Part shown: positions 36,265 to 46,551 of the stretch, one piece after another
How the letters are laid out: every line of letters begins with the position of its first letter
Position numbering within the stretch: the stretch's first letter is position 1
Assembly (NCBI GenBank): GCA_036796695.1
Contig: DAIRCK010000001.1
Span: 128,145 to 192,144, forward strand
Direction: 5' to 3'
Source of the DNA: a bacterium
Lineage (GTDB): Bacteria; Hydrothermota; Tepidihabitantia; SM23-42; JAOAFX01
Length of the DNA stretch: 64,000 nucleotides
The notes under the pieces: generated by a model
The model's input: the letters and a program-made list of their open reading frames with translations, nothing else
Told to the model about the DNA's origin: nothing
Databases searched by the model: none
Translations under genes and position numbers: made by a program

Positions 36265-38015
36265 TTCATCAGCTCTTCAATCCCCGGGAACTTCTTTCTC
36301 ACCACCCTGTTTAAAAATTTCTTCACCTCAAGGGCAGTTCTAAAATTCAATGCCTCCTGGGCAATTTCCTGACATTGTGCAACTGTGAGTGTTCTCAAGA
36401 CAAGTTTTGCCTTTGGTATTGAAGAAGGGCTCATTGACAACTCATCAATACCAAGCCCTACCAGAAGCGGTATTGCCAATGGGTCACCAGCGAGTTCTCC
36501 ACATAATCCAACCCAGATATTACTATTATGCCCGGCAGTGATTGTTTCCTTTATCAATCGCAGGACCGCAGGATGAAAATGGTCAAAGAGCTGGCTTATC
36601 CTCTCATTACCACGGTCAACCGCAAGTGTGTATTGTGTTAGATCATTTGAACCAATGCTGAAGAAATCAACTTCCCCGGCAAGAAATGAACCCATCAATG
36701 CAGCTGAAGGTGTTTCAACCATTATCCCGAGTTGGATACTGTCATCAAATTCAATCTTCTTTGATTTCAATTCTTGTTTTACTTCGTTAAATATCAGTTT
36801 GACACGTTTAATCTCTTCATAGGTGGAAATCATAGGAAACATTATCTTTATGTTCTTATTGACCGAGGCACGCAATATCGCCCTTATCTGGGTCTTAAAG
36901 AATTCTGTTTCCTGGAGACAAACCCTGATTGCCCGCCAGCCCAGAAAAGGATTTGCCTCATGGTAATCAGAAAATATCTTATCTCCACCCAGGTCATATG
37001 TCCTGATTATCACAGGATGGGGTTTGACCTTCTTTGCCAGTGCATTATATACTTTGAATTGCTCTTCCTCAGATGGAGAACCACGCCTTGCAAGATATAA
37101 AAATTCGGTTCTGAATAACCCTACCCCCACAGCACCATATTTAACTGCATGATCAACCTCAGAAAAAAATTCAATATTTGCTGAAATATCTATCCGTTTC
37201 CCATCCCTTGTTTCAGGTGATAATTCACAGGCTGGTAAGAGTGCCTTTGCTATCTGCTGGTTCTTTTTTTTCTGTTCTTCATAGAAACTTATCCTTCCTG
37301 AACTGGGATGGACGATAACAATTCCTCGTTCGCCATCAACGATTATATCATCCCCATTCTGAACCTTGTTTATAAATTCACCAATACCCAAGATTGCCGG
37401 TATTTCAAGCGCCCGTGCGGTGATCGCTGTATGGGATGTCCTTCCACCCAGTTCCATTGCAATACCAACCACATTCTTTGGATTTATAAGTGTTGCCTCT
37501 GAGGGTGGGATATCACGCGCCACTATGATTGAACCGGGCGGTGCTTCAAGCACCGATGTATGAGATACCCCTAAAAGATTTTTCAACACCCTCTCACCCA
37601 CATCATATATGTCAACAACCCTTTCCTTGAAATAGGCATTCTTACTTTCGCCAAGTTTTTTAGCATATTCACTTATGACTTCATTGTATATATACTCTAC
37701 ATTTTTCTTCTCATTGAATATACGTTGTTTAACTGATTCAAATATTGTTTCATCCTCAAGCATCATAATCTGGGCATCGAGGAACTGACCAAAATCCTCG
37801 CCAATTTCTCTATTAATCTGTTCTTTAATCTTCTTCAGTTCCTCCCTTGTTTTTTCTATTGCTTTTTCAAACCTTAAAACCTCGTCCTTAAGATAGACTG
37901 ATAGAATAGGCGTCTGGAATATCTCGGTCTTCTTTATCTCATATATAAATGCCTTTCCAACAGCAACACCCTTTGATGCAGGAACACCATGGAGTATCTT
38001 TTCTTTAGGCATCAA
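36261..38015 (-). CDS. ptsI: Phosphoenolpyruvate-protein phosphotransferase (PTS Enzyme I).
   Basis: 'GGRTSHTAITAR' (His domain), PEP-utilizing domain motifs 'RTYDLGGDK' and 'FFSIGSNDLTQY'. Confidence 0.9.
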   Translation of the reverse strand: MMPKEKILHGVPASKGVAVGKAFIYEIKKTEIFQTPILSVYLKDEVLRFEKAIEKTREELKKIKEQINREIGEDFGQFLDAQIMMLEDETIFESVKQRIFNEKKNVEYIYNEVISEYAKKLGESKNAYFKERVVDIYDVGERVLKNLLGVSHTSVLEAPPGSIIVARDIPPSEATLINPKNVVGIAMELGGRTSHTAITARALEIPAILGIGEFINKVQNGDDIIVDGERGIVIVHPSSGRISFYEEQKKKNQQIAKALLPACELSPETRDGKRIDISANIEFFSEVDHAVKYGAVGVGLFRTEFLYLARRGSPSEEEQFKVYNALAKKVKPHPVIIRTYDLGGDKIFSDYHEANPFLGWRAIRVCLQETEFFKTQIRAILRASVNKNIKIMFPMISTYEEIKRVKLIFNEVKQELKSKKIEFDDSIQLGIMVETPSAALMGSFLAGEVDFFSIGSNDLTQYTLAVDRGNERISQLFDHFHPAVLRLIKETITAGHNSNIWVGLCGELAGDPLAIPLLVGLGIDELSMSPSSIPKAKLVLRTLTVAQCQEIAQEALNFRTALEVKKFLNRVVRKKFPGIEELMK

Positions 38016-38269
38016 TCCTGCCCTTCAAGTATCTGCCTTAAGGCATTAAAGGCTTCTTCCTCATCTTCGCCATTACATACCAAAATCACCTTTGCCCCCC
38101 TTTCACAGGCTAAAGTCAATATTCCCATAATTGACTTGCCATTTACCTTCACCCCATCCTTTATCAGTTCAACCCTGCTCTTAAATTTCTCAGCAAGTTT
38201 TACAAACCTTGATGCAGGAAGGGCATGCAAGCCATTCTCATTTAAAATTGTAATCGTCTCTTTTATCAT
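38012..38269 (-). CDS. ptsH: Phosphocarrier protein HPr.
   Basis: 85 aa with 'NENGLHALPASRFV' (His-15 region) and a 'GKS' Ser-46-like region. Confidence 0.8.
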   Translation of the reverse strand: MIKETITILNENGLHALPASRFVKLAEKFKSRVELIKDGVKVNGKSIMGILTLACERGAKVILVCNGEDEEEAFNALRQILEGQD

Positions 38270-38958
38270 AAAAATATCAGATTAATTATTATCAAAATAA
38301 AGACAAAAGTCAAGATTAAAATCGGTGTCACCCTTTTCCAGAGCAGGATAATAAAAATACCAGTAAGTGGAATTAGAAATAATAGACTGAACCCCTTTTC
38401 AAGTATGATCGGTATCAAACCAATACAAAATGCACCGATCGATTCAGATATTCTCTGGAGCCAATATAGATCTTTGCCCTTTAAAATATAGATAACATCC
38501 CAGCCCATTTTATAACCTGTGATGAAACCATAAAAGCGAAAATAAATATGAATCAGGTTATATAATAATATAAAGATTAAAGGTCCAATAAGTCCATATT
38601 TCACTCCGGTGATAATTGCAATAACTAATAATGCAGGTCTTATTGTCTGCCAGAATAGGGTATCACCAAATGATGCAAATGCAGACTGACTAACCATTAT
38701 GTGTTTTTTTAAATCTTCTAAATTATTTTCTTTATCAATGGTATTTAGAACCGCGCCAATAATAAAACCCGCCATATATGGATGGGTATTGAAGAATGTG
38801 CGGCTGTGTTGAAAAAGAAATTCATTCTTTTTCTTATCGATGCCCATCATTGTAACAACCAGAAATCCAAGTGACTGCATTGAATGAAAAGACCAGGAAG
38901 CCTGCAAAAATAAACCAACAAAGAATAATTTTAAAAGACGAAATAAGCCAATGCGCAT
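38266..38958 (-). CDS. PTS mannose/fructose/sorbose-family IID component.
   Basis: 'FFNTHPYMAGFIIGA' IID signature and a polytopic membrane profile. Confidence 0.7.
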   Translation of the reverse strand: MRIGLFRLLKLFFVGLFLQASWSFHSMQSLGFLVVTMMGIDKKKNEFLFQHSRTFFNTHPYMAGFIIGAVLNTIDKENNLEDLKKHIMVSQSAFASFGDTLFWQTIRPALLVIAIITGVKYGLIGPLIFILLYNLIHIYFRFYGFITGYKMGWDVIYILKGKDLYWLQRISESIGAFCIGLIPIILEKGFSLLFLIPLTGIFIILLWKRVTPILILTFVFILIIINLIFL

Positions 38959-39575
38959 ATCACACCTATGACCAGAAAATAGAAAGAATGTCTTTTAAAA
39001 TACAGATAAATCCCATTGGCAATACCGATTGAAACAATGATTATCAATAAAAATTCTTTATTAAAGGTAGCCCCCAAAACTGGAAATCTTACAATGCTAA
39101 CCAAAAAGAACAATGGCAGGAATAAAACCACACCCCTGATAAAAGCTGTACCGATGCCGGCGAAATGGTAGATATATAATTTTTTATGGTCTCTTAAGAA
39201 CCGGTAGAAGAGACCCTCATTTATTCGACGCACAACTATATCAAGGGAACTGCCCAGGATTGATACAAGGATACCGATAAGAAAAACTATCATCAAATTT
39301 GGTTCGTTTTGATTTGAACTTTTCAATAGAAAATAAGAACCACAGCCAGCAATGCCTGCTGCCTGGGCATCAGGAGGGATATCCTTTCCAATCGGCAGAT
39401 TAGCAAGAAAGACCATCTGGAATAGTGCACCAATAAATATACCTGTCTTTGCATCCCCAAACAATGCACCAATTATTGCACAAGCGACTATGGGCTGCGA
39501 TATACCGAACTCGCCGAATGCATATTTATCAAGAAGGATTAGTGCTCCAAGCAGGGCCAAAAAAACGACCATCAT
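38931..39575 (-). CDS. PTS mannose/fructose/sorbose-family IIC component.
   Basis: 'ILLDKYAFGEFGISQPIVACAIIGALFGD' IIC(Man) signature and a hydrophobic profile. Confidence 0.7.
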   Translation of the reverse strand: MMVVFLALLGALILLDKYAFGEFGISQPIVACAIIGALFGDAKTGIFIGALFQMVFLANLPIGKDIPPDAQAAGIAGCGSYFLLKSSNQNEPNLMIVFLIGILVSILGSSLDIVVRRINEGLFYRFLRDHKKLYIYHFAGIGTAFIRGVVLFLPLFFLVSIVRFPVLGATFNKEFLLIIIVSIGIANGIYLYFKRHSFYFLVIGVICALAYFVF

Positions 39576-41488
39576 AATTCTATTTTTATCTTTGGTGGAT
39601 TTGAGAAAATCATCATCATTGAAAATCCCTGAAATATTTTTTCAAATCCTGATTCACTTGAAGAGATCGTCTCGATGGGGTATGTCAGGAGAATAAATTT
39701 TTCTGAAGCAGAAAATCTGATAGGCTGGAGTGCATTACCTTCAACCGTGAAATTATCTATTTCCGGAATCTCCTGGAGTTCGTATAGACTGTACTTACCA
39801 TTTATCTTTAAATCAGGATTAAAGATACCCAGGGAAAATTCTACACCTAAATTTTTTACCTGTCCTTCGTATATGAATTGTATCATTGGTGCGTTTTCAT
39901 CTACCTTTATAATCTTTTTCAGATTCAAATCTGGATTAAACAGAATAAATTCAAATGTCTTGTGTTCTATCAACTCGTAGTTAACAATTTCTCCGATATT
40001 TTCCTGATAATAAAAATCTTCTTTTGTTGGGCTTACTTTGAATATATGGTCAATGCCAAATGCCCTATCATATTTATCATATATGAGATATTTATCCAGG
40101 TCCTTCCCTTTTGAACGAACAACCTCGTGAATTGACTTCACTTCTTCTTCATCCCTTGACTGTGGAATCAATTCATGGTATTTTTCCCTGCGTCGGGCTA
40201 TGTAATTTAGTATATTTTTAAGACTCTTTCGGTCATCAATTTCTATGAAACTTCCTGTATCGGGTTTTAATATACAGAAAAGATGATGGGTATTCAAAAC
40301 AAACTCATCCTTTCCATCAACATCAATATCAAATCTTTCCAGCCCGACCCTGATGTTATGAGATTCTGCATTAATAAGATTCTGATAAACTGCTTCTCTC
40401 AAATGGGGAAGATAGAGCCCCCCAAAGATTCCATGCCAGTAAGCACAGGAACATTGTCCACGCCACAAACTCAATTTTGCATTAATATCATCTTTTATGT
40501 TTCTTGATACATAGAGCATTCTTTTATGCATCAAGTTCGCTTCAGGATAACGACTCAAAAAATTTTTAAAATAACCACCATGTATCAAATGATAAAATCT
40601 TTTTTCCACACTTCTCTTCAATTCAACATAATTTTTGCCTGCATTCAATGGTAAAACCCATTCACCCATCTCTTCGTAAGATGCTGTGGGTATATAAACC
40701 CTTCCCGCAGGTAGTTCTTTTTTAATAATATCTTTCAAATGGACCGTCTCAATACACTCTTCGTTGCTGAGAAAATCTAAAAATTTTTCCAGCCATTGTT
40801 CCTTATACACCCAGTTGTATGTTCCGGGCCAGACCCCGAATTTTTCTCCATCATCACCAAGAACCTTTAATATACCACTCTCTTTCCTTCCCTCTTCTTT
40901 TAAATAATTCTTTACCTCATCCACAGGGTGGAAAGGAATCAGGTATCTTAATTTCATTGAAATGGGGAATATCCTCAAAACCCTGCCTCTGTCCTCGGTA
41001 ATGAAATATGATTTCAAATCATCTTCATTTAATCCGGCATAGAGAAAATGTGTATCATCAAGCAATGTATAATCAATGCCAGAATCCACAAGTAATGGAA
41101 TCAATCCTGGTTCCCAAACCCTTTCAGTCAACCAGAGCCCACAGCTCTCCACCCCGAATAGTTTATAGATATAATCCTTAAAATACTTTATCTGTGCTAA
41201 AACATCCTCGGGAGGTATCAAAGAGAGTATCGGTTCGCTAAAAGCCGAAACCAGAATCTCAGCCTGATTATTATTTACTGCTTCTTTTAGATAATCAAAA
41301 TATTCTGGATGATTCTTTAATAACCATTCGCACAGGGTGCCTGAATTATGAATTCCGAATTTAACCTTTGGAAACCTTAAAAGTGTCTTTATCAAAGGTA
41401 AATAAGAATGCTCATAGGCAAATTGAAAAATATGGTCAAAATTGCCTACGGGCTGATGATTATGGATATATAATGCAAGTCTTATCAT
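39572..41488 (-). CDS. Glycoside hydrolase family 57 protein (alpha-glucan-active; amylase/branching-enzyme/4-alpha-glucanotransferase type). Cytoplasmic.
   Basis: N-terminal 'LALYIHNHQPVGNFD' (the H-x-HQP GH57 hallmark), then 'LWLTERVWEP' and 'GVWPGTYNWVY'. No signal peptide. Confidence 0.6.
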   Translation of the reverse strand: MIRLALYIHNHQPVGNFDHIFQFAYEHSYLPLIKTLLRFPKVKFGIHNSGTLCEWLLKNHPEYFDYLKEAVNNNQAEILVSAFSEPILSLIPPEDVLAQIKYFKDYIYKLFGVESCGLWLTERVWEPGLIPLLVDSGIDYTLLDDTHFLYAGLNEDDLKSYFITEDRGRVLRIFPISMKLRYLIPFHPVDEVKNYLKEEGRKESGILKVLGDDGEKFGVWPGTYNWVYKEQWLEKFLDFLSNEECIETVHLKDIIKKELPAGRVYIPTASYEEMGEWVLPLNAGKNYVELKRSVEKRFYHLIHGGYFKNFLSRYPEANLMHKRMLYVSRNIKDDINAKLSLWRGQCSCAYWHGIFGGLYLPHLREAVYQNLINAESHNIRVGLERFDIDVDGKDEFVLNTHHLFCILKPDTGSFIEIDDRKSLKNILNYIARRREKYHELIPQSRDEEEVKSIHEVVRSKGKDLDKYLIYDKYDRAFGIDHIFKVSPTKEDFYYQENIGEIVNYELIEHKTFEFILFNPDLNLKKIIKVDENAPMIQFIYEGQVKNLGVEFSLGIFNPDLKINGKYSLYELQEIPEIDNFTVEGNALQPIRFSASEKFILLTYPIETISSSESGFEKIFQGFSMMMIFSNPPKIKIEL

Positions 41489-41962
41489 TTAAACTCCTGT
41501 TAATTTTTTTATCACATCAACGGGCTGTGAATTGGGAAGTTGTTTACCAACAATTCTTATGCCCAGTTCATGTATTTTCACCAGAGATTCAATATCTTCA
41601 GACGTCAGATATATAAACGGCACAACCGACCTTGCACCTTCACGATAACCCAAGCCGCCGATATAAACTTCATTGACCTTAAGACCATTTTTCACAAGAT
41701 TATAGGCATCAATTGGTTTTTCCACCACGATCATAGTCCTTTTTTTATCAATCCCATTCTTCAGGTGCTGGATACAACCTTCAATGTCATAACAATGGAA
41801 TACTATATTTTCAGGCACAGCGAGCCTATAGGCATTACAGACCCAGGCATCCTTACTGATTGTATCTGATGCGATTATCAATTCTTCAATGCCCAGAGGT
41901 CTTGCCCATCCTGCGACAACCTGTCCATGAATCAAACGGTCATCAATCCTCAATATGAGCAT
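41489..41962 (-). CDS. PTS mannose/sorbose-family IIB component.
   Basis: 'LILRIDDRLIHGQVVAGWARPLGIEELIIASD', with the IIB(Man) phospho-His in the IHGQV motif. Confidence 0.75.
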   Translation of the reverse strand: MLILRIDDRLIHGQVVAGWARPLGIEELIIASDTISKDAWVCNAYRLAVPENIVFHCYDIEGCIQHLKNGIDKKRTMIVVEKPIDAYNLVKNGLKVNEVYIGGLGYREGARSVVPFIYLTSEDIESLVKIHELGIRIVGKQLPNSQPVDVIKKLTGV

Positions 41963-41963
41963 A

Positions 41964-43616
41964 TCAATCCCAGAATTCCCATTTTATTTCCATACTGAAA
42001 TTGCGCACTATCTCAGGAAAATCCTCTGGTCTTGTGTCTGTTACATTGTCAAAAATCAAACCAAGATGGAGGGTTAAAAATTTTAGACTCAAACCCGGGG
42101 AGATTGTGAAGAATGGCTCGTAGTAATTGCCTGAGGGACAATGTCTCGCATTCACATAGTTAAATCTTGTATATACATTCATAACCGAACGCTCGGTCTT
42201 TCTCTTCCAGTTCAAAGTAAAATTTGTGAAAAAATCTGGAAATGCTGATGGAAAGTCATTATATATCTGATAATTACACACACCGGTCGCAGAAAAACCT
42301 TTTATAACCGGAGAAATAAGGATACCTTCAATCCCGGTAATCTTATTATCAACATTTACCACTGAACAACTATCATTTCCTGTGGTCTGATAAATGATTT
42401 GATTTTTAATATTTGCATTATACAGATTAATCTCAGAATTCCTGAAGACCACACCGATTTCTCTATGGAAATAGGTCTCAGCCTTTATATCGGGGTTTCC
42501 TTTGATAATCAAATTTCTGTCTACGAATTCATAGTTCCCATAATGCGCAATAAAATCAGGTCTTCTGTTGAATAACCCGGACCTGGCGAATATTTTTGCT
42601 TTGTTTAAAATCTCGAAATTCAATCTTGCCTCTGGTTCAAAGTAGATTTTATCCGACCCGTAATCAACACGATAACCAATTCCAGCAATTATCTTATTGA
42701 ATTTACAATTTGTATTCTGGGAAAAGTCTACTTTATTATTTTTATATTTCCCGGGCTTAAATTGACTGGTTAAGACATCGATTTCAAATGTATTTTCTAA
42801 ATTGCCCAAATAAAATAAAAATTTATGCTGTGTGCCATAGGTCAAAAATTGATTTTCTCTTTCTTTGTTGTTTATTTTACTGGCAGTTCTAAAAAATATG
42901 AATTTATAAAAATCTTCTCCTGCTGTCAATGTGATATCACTAAAATCTAAATTTATTATTGTGTCATAAGAATTACCGGTTATAACTATGTCAAGGCGCA
43001 TCGGCATAAAATGATTGTAGTAAAAATTAGCATATCCAGCATTTGTGCGCAGATAAAGTTTCTCAGCATTTCTGTAATGGCGTGAATAAAGTCCACCAAG
43101 ATAAAAACCGGCTGAATTTGTCAGGGCACGGGTAAAATCCATATTATAGATTGTGTTTGGCCCGAATAGAGTAAAATAGAGATAAGAATAGGGCTGGTCA
43201 TAATTATTAAATTTTGTGTTTAAATCAATACTATTTACTCCTGAATTAATATATTTTTTAATAAACACAACAGATTTTATAAAATTATATGGGAAAACCG
43301 TGAAATTAAAACCTTTGGAAAAATATTGATCAAGATAATGAGAATTGATTAGAACCGTAAAAGGATACAGGCTCAGCAAATTAACAATATATCCTTTTTC
43401 CTTCATTATATAAGGAGAATTTCGGAATAGATCTGAAAATCCGGATAAAAAAATATCAGGCTCGATGACCCGTATCTGATTTAAAGCACTATCAAGTATA
43501 CCTGTGGTACTAAAACTTATTATCTCTGGAATTGCATATCTTCGAACCGGGGTTGAATCAACCACCGTCGTATCTGAAGATAATCCATTGCTCAAAAGGA
43601 ATAACCATAAAAACAC
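41964..43616 (-). CDS. Hypothetical outer-membrane protein, probable beta-barrel, heading the PTS operon.
   Basis: N-terminal hydrophobic signal-like segment. Composition is rich in Y/F/N/G with alternating hydrophobic residues, and the C-terminus is aromatic-rich ('IKWEFWD'). No recognizable family. Confidence 0.4.
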   Translation of the reverse strand: MFLWLFLLSNGLSSDTTVVDSTPVRRYAIPEIISFSTTGILDSALNQIRVIEPDIFLSGFSDLFRNSPYIMKEKGYIVNLLSLYPFTVLINSHYLDQYFSKGFNFTVFPYNFIKSVVFIKKYINSGVNSIDLNTKFNNYDQPYSYLYFTLFGPNTIYNMDFTRALTNSAGFYLGGLYSRHYRNAEKLYLRTNAGYANFYYNHFMPMRLDIVITGNSYDTIINLDFSDITLTAGEDFYKFIFFRTASKINNKERENQFLTYGTQHKFLFYLGNLENTFEIDVLTSQFKPGKYKNNKVDFSQNTNCKFNKIIAGIGYRVDYGSDKIYFEPEARLNFEILNKAKIFARSGLFNRRPDFIAHYGNYEFVDRNLIIKGNPDIKAETYFHREIGVVFRNSEINLYNANIKNQIIYQTTGNDSCSVVNVDNKITGIEGILISPVIKGFSATGVCNYQIYNDFPSAFPDFFTNFTLNWKRKTERSVMNVYTRFNYVNARHCPSGNYYEPFFTISPGLSLKFLTLHLGLIFDNVTDTRPEDFPEIVRNFSMEIKWEFWD

Positions 43617-43681
43617 GACTGATTATAGGATAAAATCAGCTTTTTGTCAAGATTATGACGATAAGATCAGCTTTTATTACG

Positions 43682-45025
43682 TTAAATAATCTTTTTCAGT
43701 ATATCTGCAAACCTGTCCAGTTCTTCTTTTGTCCTTTTCTCGGTGACCGCAATCAAGAGTTGATTTTTTGAATTATTATCAAAGATTGTTAAAGGAACAC
43801 CAGCGAATATCTTGTATTCTAAGAGTTTATCAACAATCTCCTGTGCAGGTTTATCGGTCTGGATAAGAAATTCTTTAAAGAATTCTCTATTATAAACCAG
43901 ATTTATCCCTCTTATTTCTTTCAAGCGATTATAAAGATAATGGCTCTTGGCAAGACATTGGTTACCGATTTCAATAATTCCTTGTTTACCAAGGGTGCAG
44001 AGGTATATCAATGAACTCAAAGCGCATAATGCCTCATTGGTACATATATTAGAAGTTGCCTTTTCCCTTCTTATATGCTGTTCACGGGTCTGAAGTGTGA
44101 GAACAAATCCCCTTCTTCCTTCCACATCTGTAGTCTCACCAACAACCCTTCCCGGCATAAAACGCACAAAATCCATCTTTGTAGCAAATATCCCCAATAA
44201 TGGTCCACCAAATCCCTGGGCTATTCCCATTCCCTGCCCCTCACCAACGGCAATATCTGTATTATAATCACCAGGTGGAGTGATAACACCGAGAGATAAT
44301 GGGTCAACCACGCTTATTAGTAAAGCACCCTTTTTATGTGTTATTTCCGATATCTCTTCTGTGGATTCAAGAAACCCATAAAAATTTGGGTGCTGTATTG
44401 CCACACAGGCGGTATCGTCATCAACCAGATCATTCAATTTATCAATATCTGTAATACCCTCTTTCTGGGGCGCGATTACAATCTCCACCCCACATTCTTT
44501 TGTATAGGTCCTCGTAACCTTTTGATAAAATGGATGGATGAGTTCAGAAAGGATAATCTTTTTCCTGTTGTTGATGGCACATGACATATGGCAGGCTTCA
44601 GCAAGTGCAGAACCGCCATCATACATCGATGCATTTGCAACTTCCATCTTCGTCAGTTCACATATAACGCTTTGATATTCAAAAATACTCTGGAGTGTTC
44701 CCTGTGAAACTTCTGCCTGATAAGGGGTATAAGCGGTATAGAATTCGCTCCTTAATATTATACTGTCAATGATCGCTGGTATATAATGGTCATAAACACC
44801 TGCACCAAGGAATGATATGAAATCAAATGTGTTATGGTTTTCCCCGGCAATAGAATGGAGTATTTTCCTTACCTCAAGTTCAGATACAGCAGGTGGCAGA
44901 CCTGCCTTCCCTTTGAATTGTATCTCAGGCGGGATGATTCTATCAATAAGTTCTGAAAAAGAACCGACACCGAGCCGGTTCAGTATTTTTTTCTCATCTT
45001 CGGGTGTTAATGGTAGGTAATGCAT
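43682..45025 (-). CDS. gcvPA: Glycine dehydrogenase (decarboxylating) subunit 1.
   Basis: 'MHYLPLTPEDEKKIL', 'TAYTPYQAEVSQGTLQ' and 'CTNEAL'. Confidence 0.9.
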   Translation of the reverse strand: MHYLPLTPEDEKKILNRLGVGSFSELIDRIIPPEIQFKGKAGLPPAVSELEVRKILHSIAGENHNTFDFISFLGAGVYDHYIPAIIDSIILRSEFYTAYTPYQAEVSQGTLQSIFEYQSVICELTKMEVANASMYDGGSALAEACHMSCAINNRKKIILSELIHPFYQKVTRTYTKECGVEIVIAPQKEGITDIDKLNDLVDDDTACVAIQHPNFYGFLESTEEISEITHKKGALLISVVDPLSLGVITPPGDYNTDIAVGEGQGMGIAQGFGGPLLGIFATKMDFVRFMPGRVVGETTDVEGRRGFVLTLQTREQHIRREKATSNICTNEALCALSSLIYLCTLGKQGIIEIGNQCLAKSHYLYNRLKEIRGINLVYNREFFKEFLIQTDKPAQEIVDKLLEYKIFAGVPLTIFDNNSKNQLLIAVTEKRTKEELDRFADILKKII

Positions 45026-45411
45026 CAGTGTCCTGCAATCAGTTCTTTATATTGTTCTGCTGATAAGAGATTTGCAGTCTCAGATGGATTATTCAACTTG
45101 ATTTTATATATCCAGCCTTCATTATAGGGGTCCTTGTTTATGATTGTTGGTTCTTTTACCACCTTCTCATTTACTTCAATGACCTCACCACTGAGCGGAG
45201 CAAAAAGGTCACTTACTGCCTTAACCGCCTCAATCGTTCCGACCGCATCACCTGCCTTTATCTGTGCTCCTAATTTTGGTGGCTCAACCATCACAATATC
45301 TGAGAGTTCTGACTGGGCATAATCTGTGATACCGGTGATTGCAATATCACCTTCAATCTTTGCCCATTCATGATCTCTTGTATAATTCAATCCTTCAATG
45401 ATATTTGCCAT
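45025..45411 (-). CDS. gcvH: Glycine cleavage system H protein.
   Basis: Lipoyl-lysine motif 'GTIEAVKAVSDLFAPLSGEV'. Confidence 0.9.
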   Translation of the reverse strand: MANIIEGLNYTRDHEWAKIEGDIAITGITDYAQSELSDIVMVEPPKLGAQIKAGDAVGTIEAVKAVSDLFAPLSGEVIEVNEKVVKEPTIINKDPYNEGWIYKIKLNNPSETANLLSAEQYKELIAGH

Positions 45412-45420
45412 TTAGCCTCC

Positions 45421-46509
45421 TTATTTATGCGTCCCTTTTTTGTAAAATGGTCCTTTTATTACTTCGACCAGAATTGGTTCTTTTACCATCACATAAAATT
45501 TCGTCCCTGGTTCAGCATATTGTGTTCCAACATATCCCATTCCTATACCTTTTTTCAAGGACGGTGAGAAAGTGCCGGAAGTCACAAATCCGATCTCATT
45601 ATTATCTAAATAAATCTTCTGGTGCGGTCTGGGGATTCCTTTTTCGATCACTTCAAACCCAACGAGTTTTCTTTTCAACCCGGATTCTTTTATCTTAAGC
45701 AATTCATCCCTTCCTATAAAATCGCCTTTATCAAACTTGACAACCCATCCCAGCCCTGCTTCAAGTGGATTCGTTGTCTTATCAATGTCATTTCCATATA
45801 GACAATATCTCATCTCAAAACGGAGCGTATCCCTTGCACCAAGTCCTATCGGTTTTACATTAAACTCTTTTCCGGCATCAAATATAATATCCCAGATTTT
45901 TAAACCATCCTTTGCCGACATATAAATCTCAAAACCATCCTCACCTGTATAACCGGTCCGGGAAAGTAAGACATCAATACCATTTATTTTTGTCTCAACT
46001 GCCCAATAATATTTCAGTTCTGTTAGGTTATAATCAACAATCTTTTGCATTAACATTTCTGATTTTGGTCCCTGTATTGCAAGTTGTCCAATATCATCAC
46101 TCAAATTTTTTATCTCCACATCGAATTTTTTGTTCTGCAAGATCCATTGATAATCCTTTTCTGTATTTGCCGCATTAACAACAAGGAATATCCTATCTTT
46201 TAGATTATATACCAGAAGGTCATCAACAATACCTGCATCCGGATATAACATTGCTGAATATTGAACCTGGTTTAAGGCAAGTTTTGAAACATCATTCGTT
46301 GTAATATAATTAGCAAACTTTATTCTGTCAGGACCTGTGATCTCTATCTCACCCATATGTGAGACATCAAAGACACCAACAGCAGTGCGCACAGTCTCAT
46401 GTTCAGGAATGATACCCTCAAACTGAATGGGCATAAAAAAACCTGCAAATTCAACAATTTTTCCCTTATGTTCTAAATGTTTATCATAAAAAGGAGTTTT
46501 TTTAGTCAT
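45421..46509 (-). CDS. gcvT: Glycine cleavage system T protein (aminomethyltransferase).
   Basis: '[26 protein letters not shown]', '[12 protein letters not shown]' and '[14 protein letters not shown]'. Confidence 0.9.
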   Translation of the reverse strand: MTKKTPFYDKHLEHKGKIVEFAGFFMPIQFEGIIPEHETVRTAVGVFDVSHMGEIEITGPDRIKFANYITTNDVSKLALNQVQYSAMLYPDAGIVDDLLVYNLKDRIFLVVNAANTEKDYQWILQNKKFDVEIKNLSDDIGQLAIQGPKSEMLMQKIVDYNLTELKYYWAVETKINGIDVLLSRTGYTGEDGFEIYMSAKDGLKIWDIIFDAGKEFNVKPIGLGARDTLRFEMRYCLYGNDIDKTTNPLEAGLGWVVKFDKGDFIGRDELLKIKESGLKRKLVGFEVIEKGIPRPHQKIYLDNNEIGFVTSGTFSPSLKKGIGMGYVGTQYAEPGTKFYVMVKEPILVEVIKGPFYKKGTHK

Positions 46510-46551
46510 AGGGGAATTATATTCAAAAAATTGGTTAAGTCAATAATCCGA

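Noticed and set aside
38012-38269. Doubt whether the 85-aa protein is HPr, because the His-15 region reads 'GLHALPAS' rather than the canonical GLHARPA.
   Set aside because: The overall length, position between EI and EIID, and the conserved His and Ser regions fit HPr. The R-to-L difference is noted but not disqualifying.
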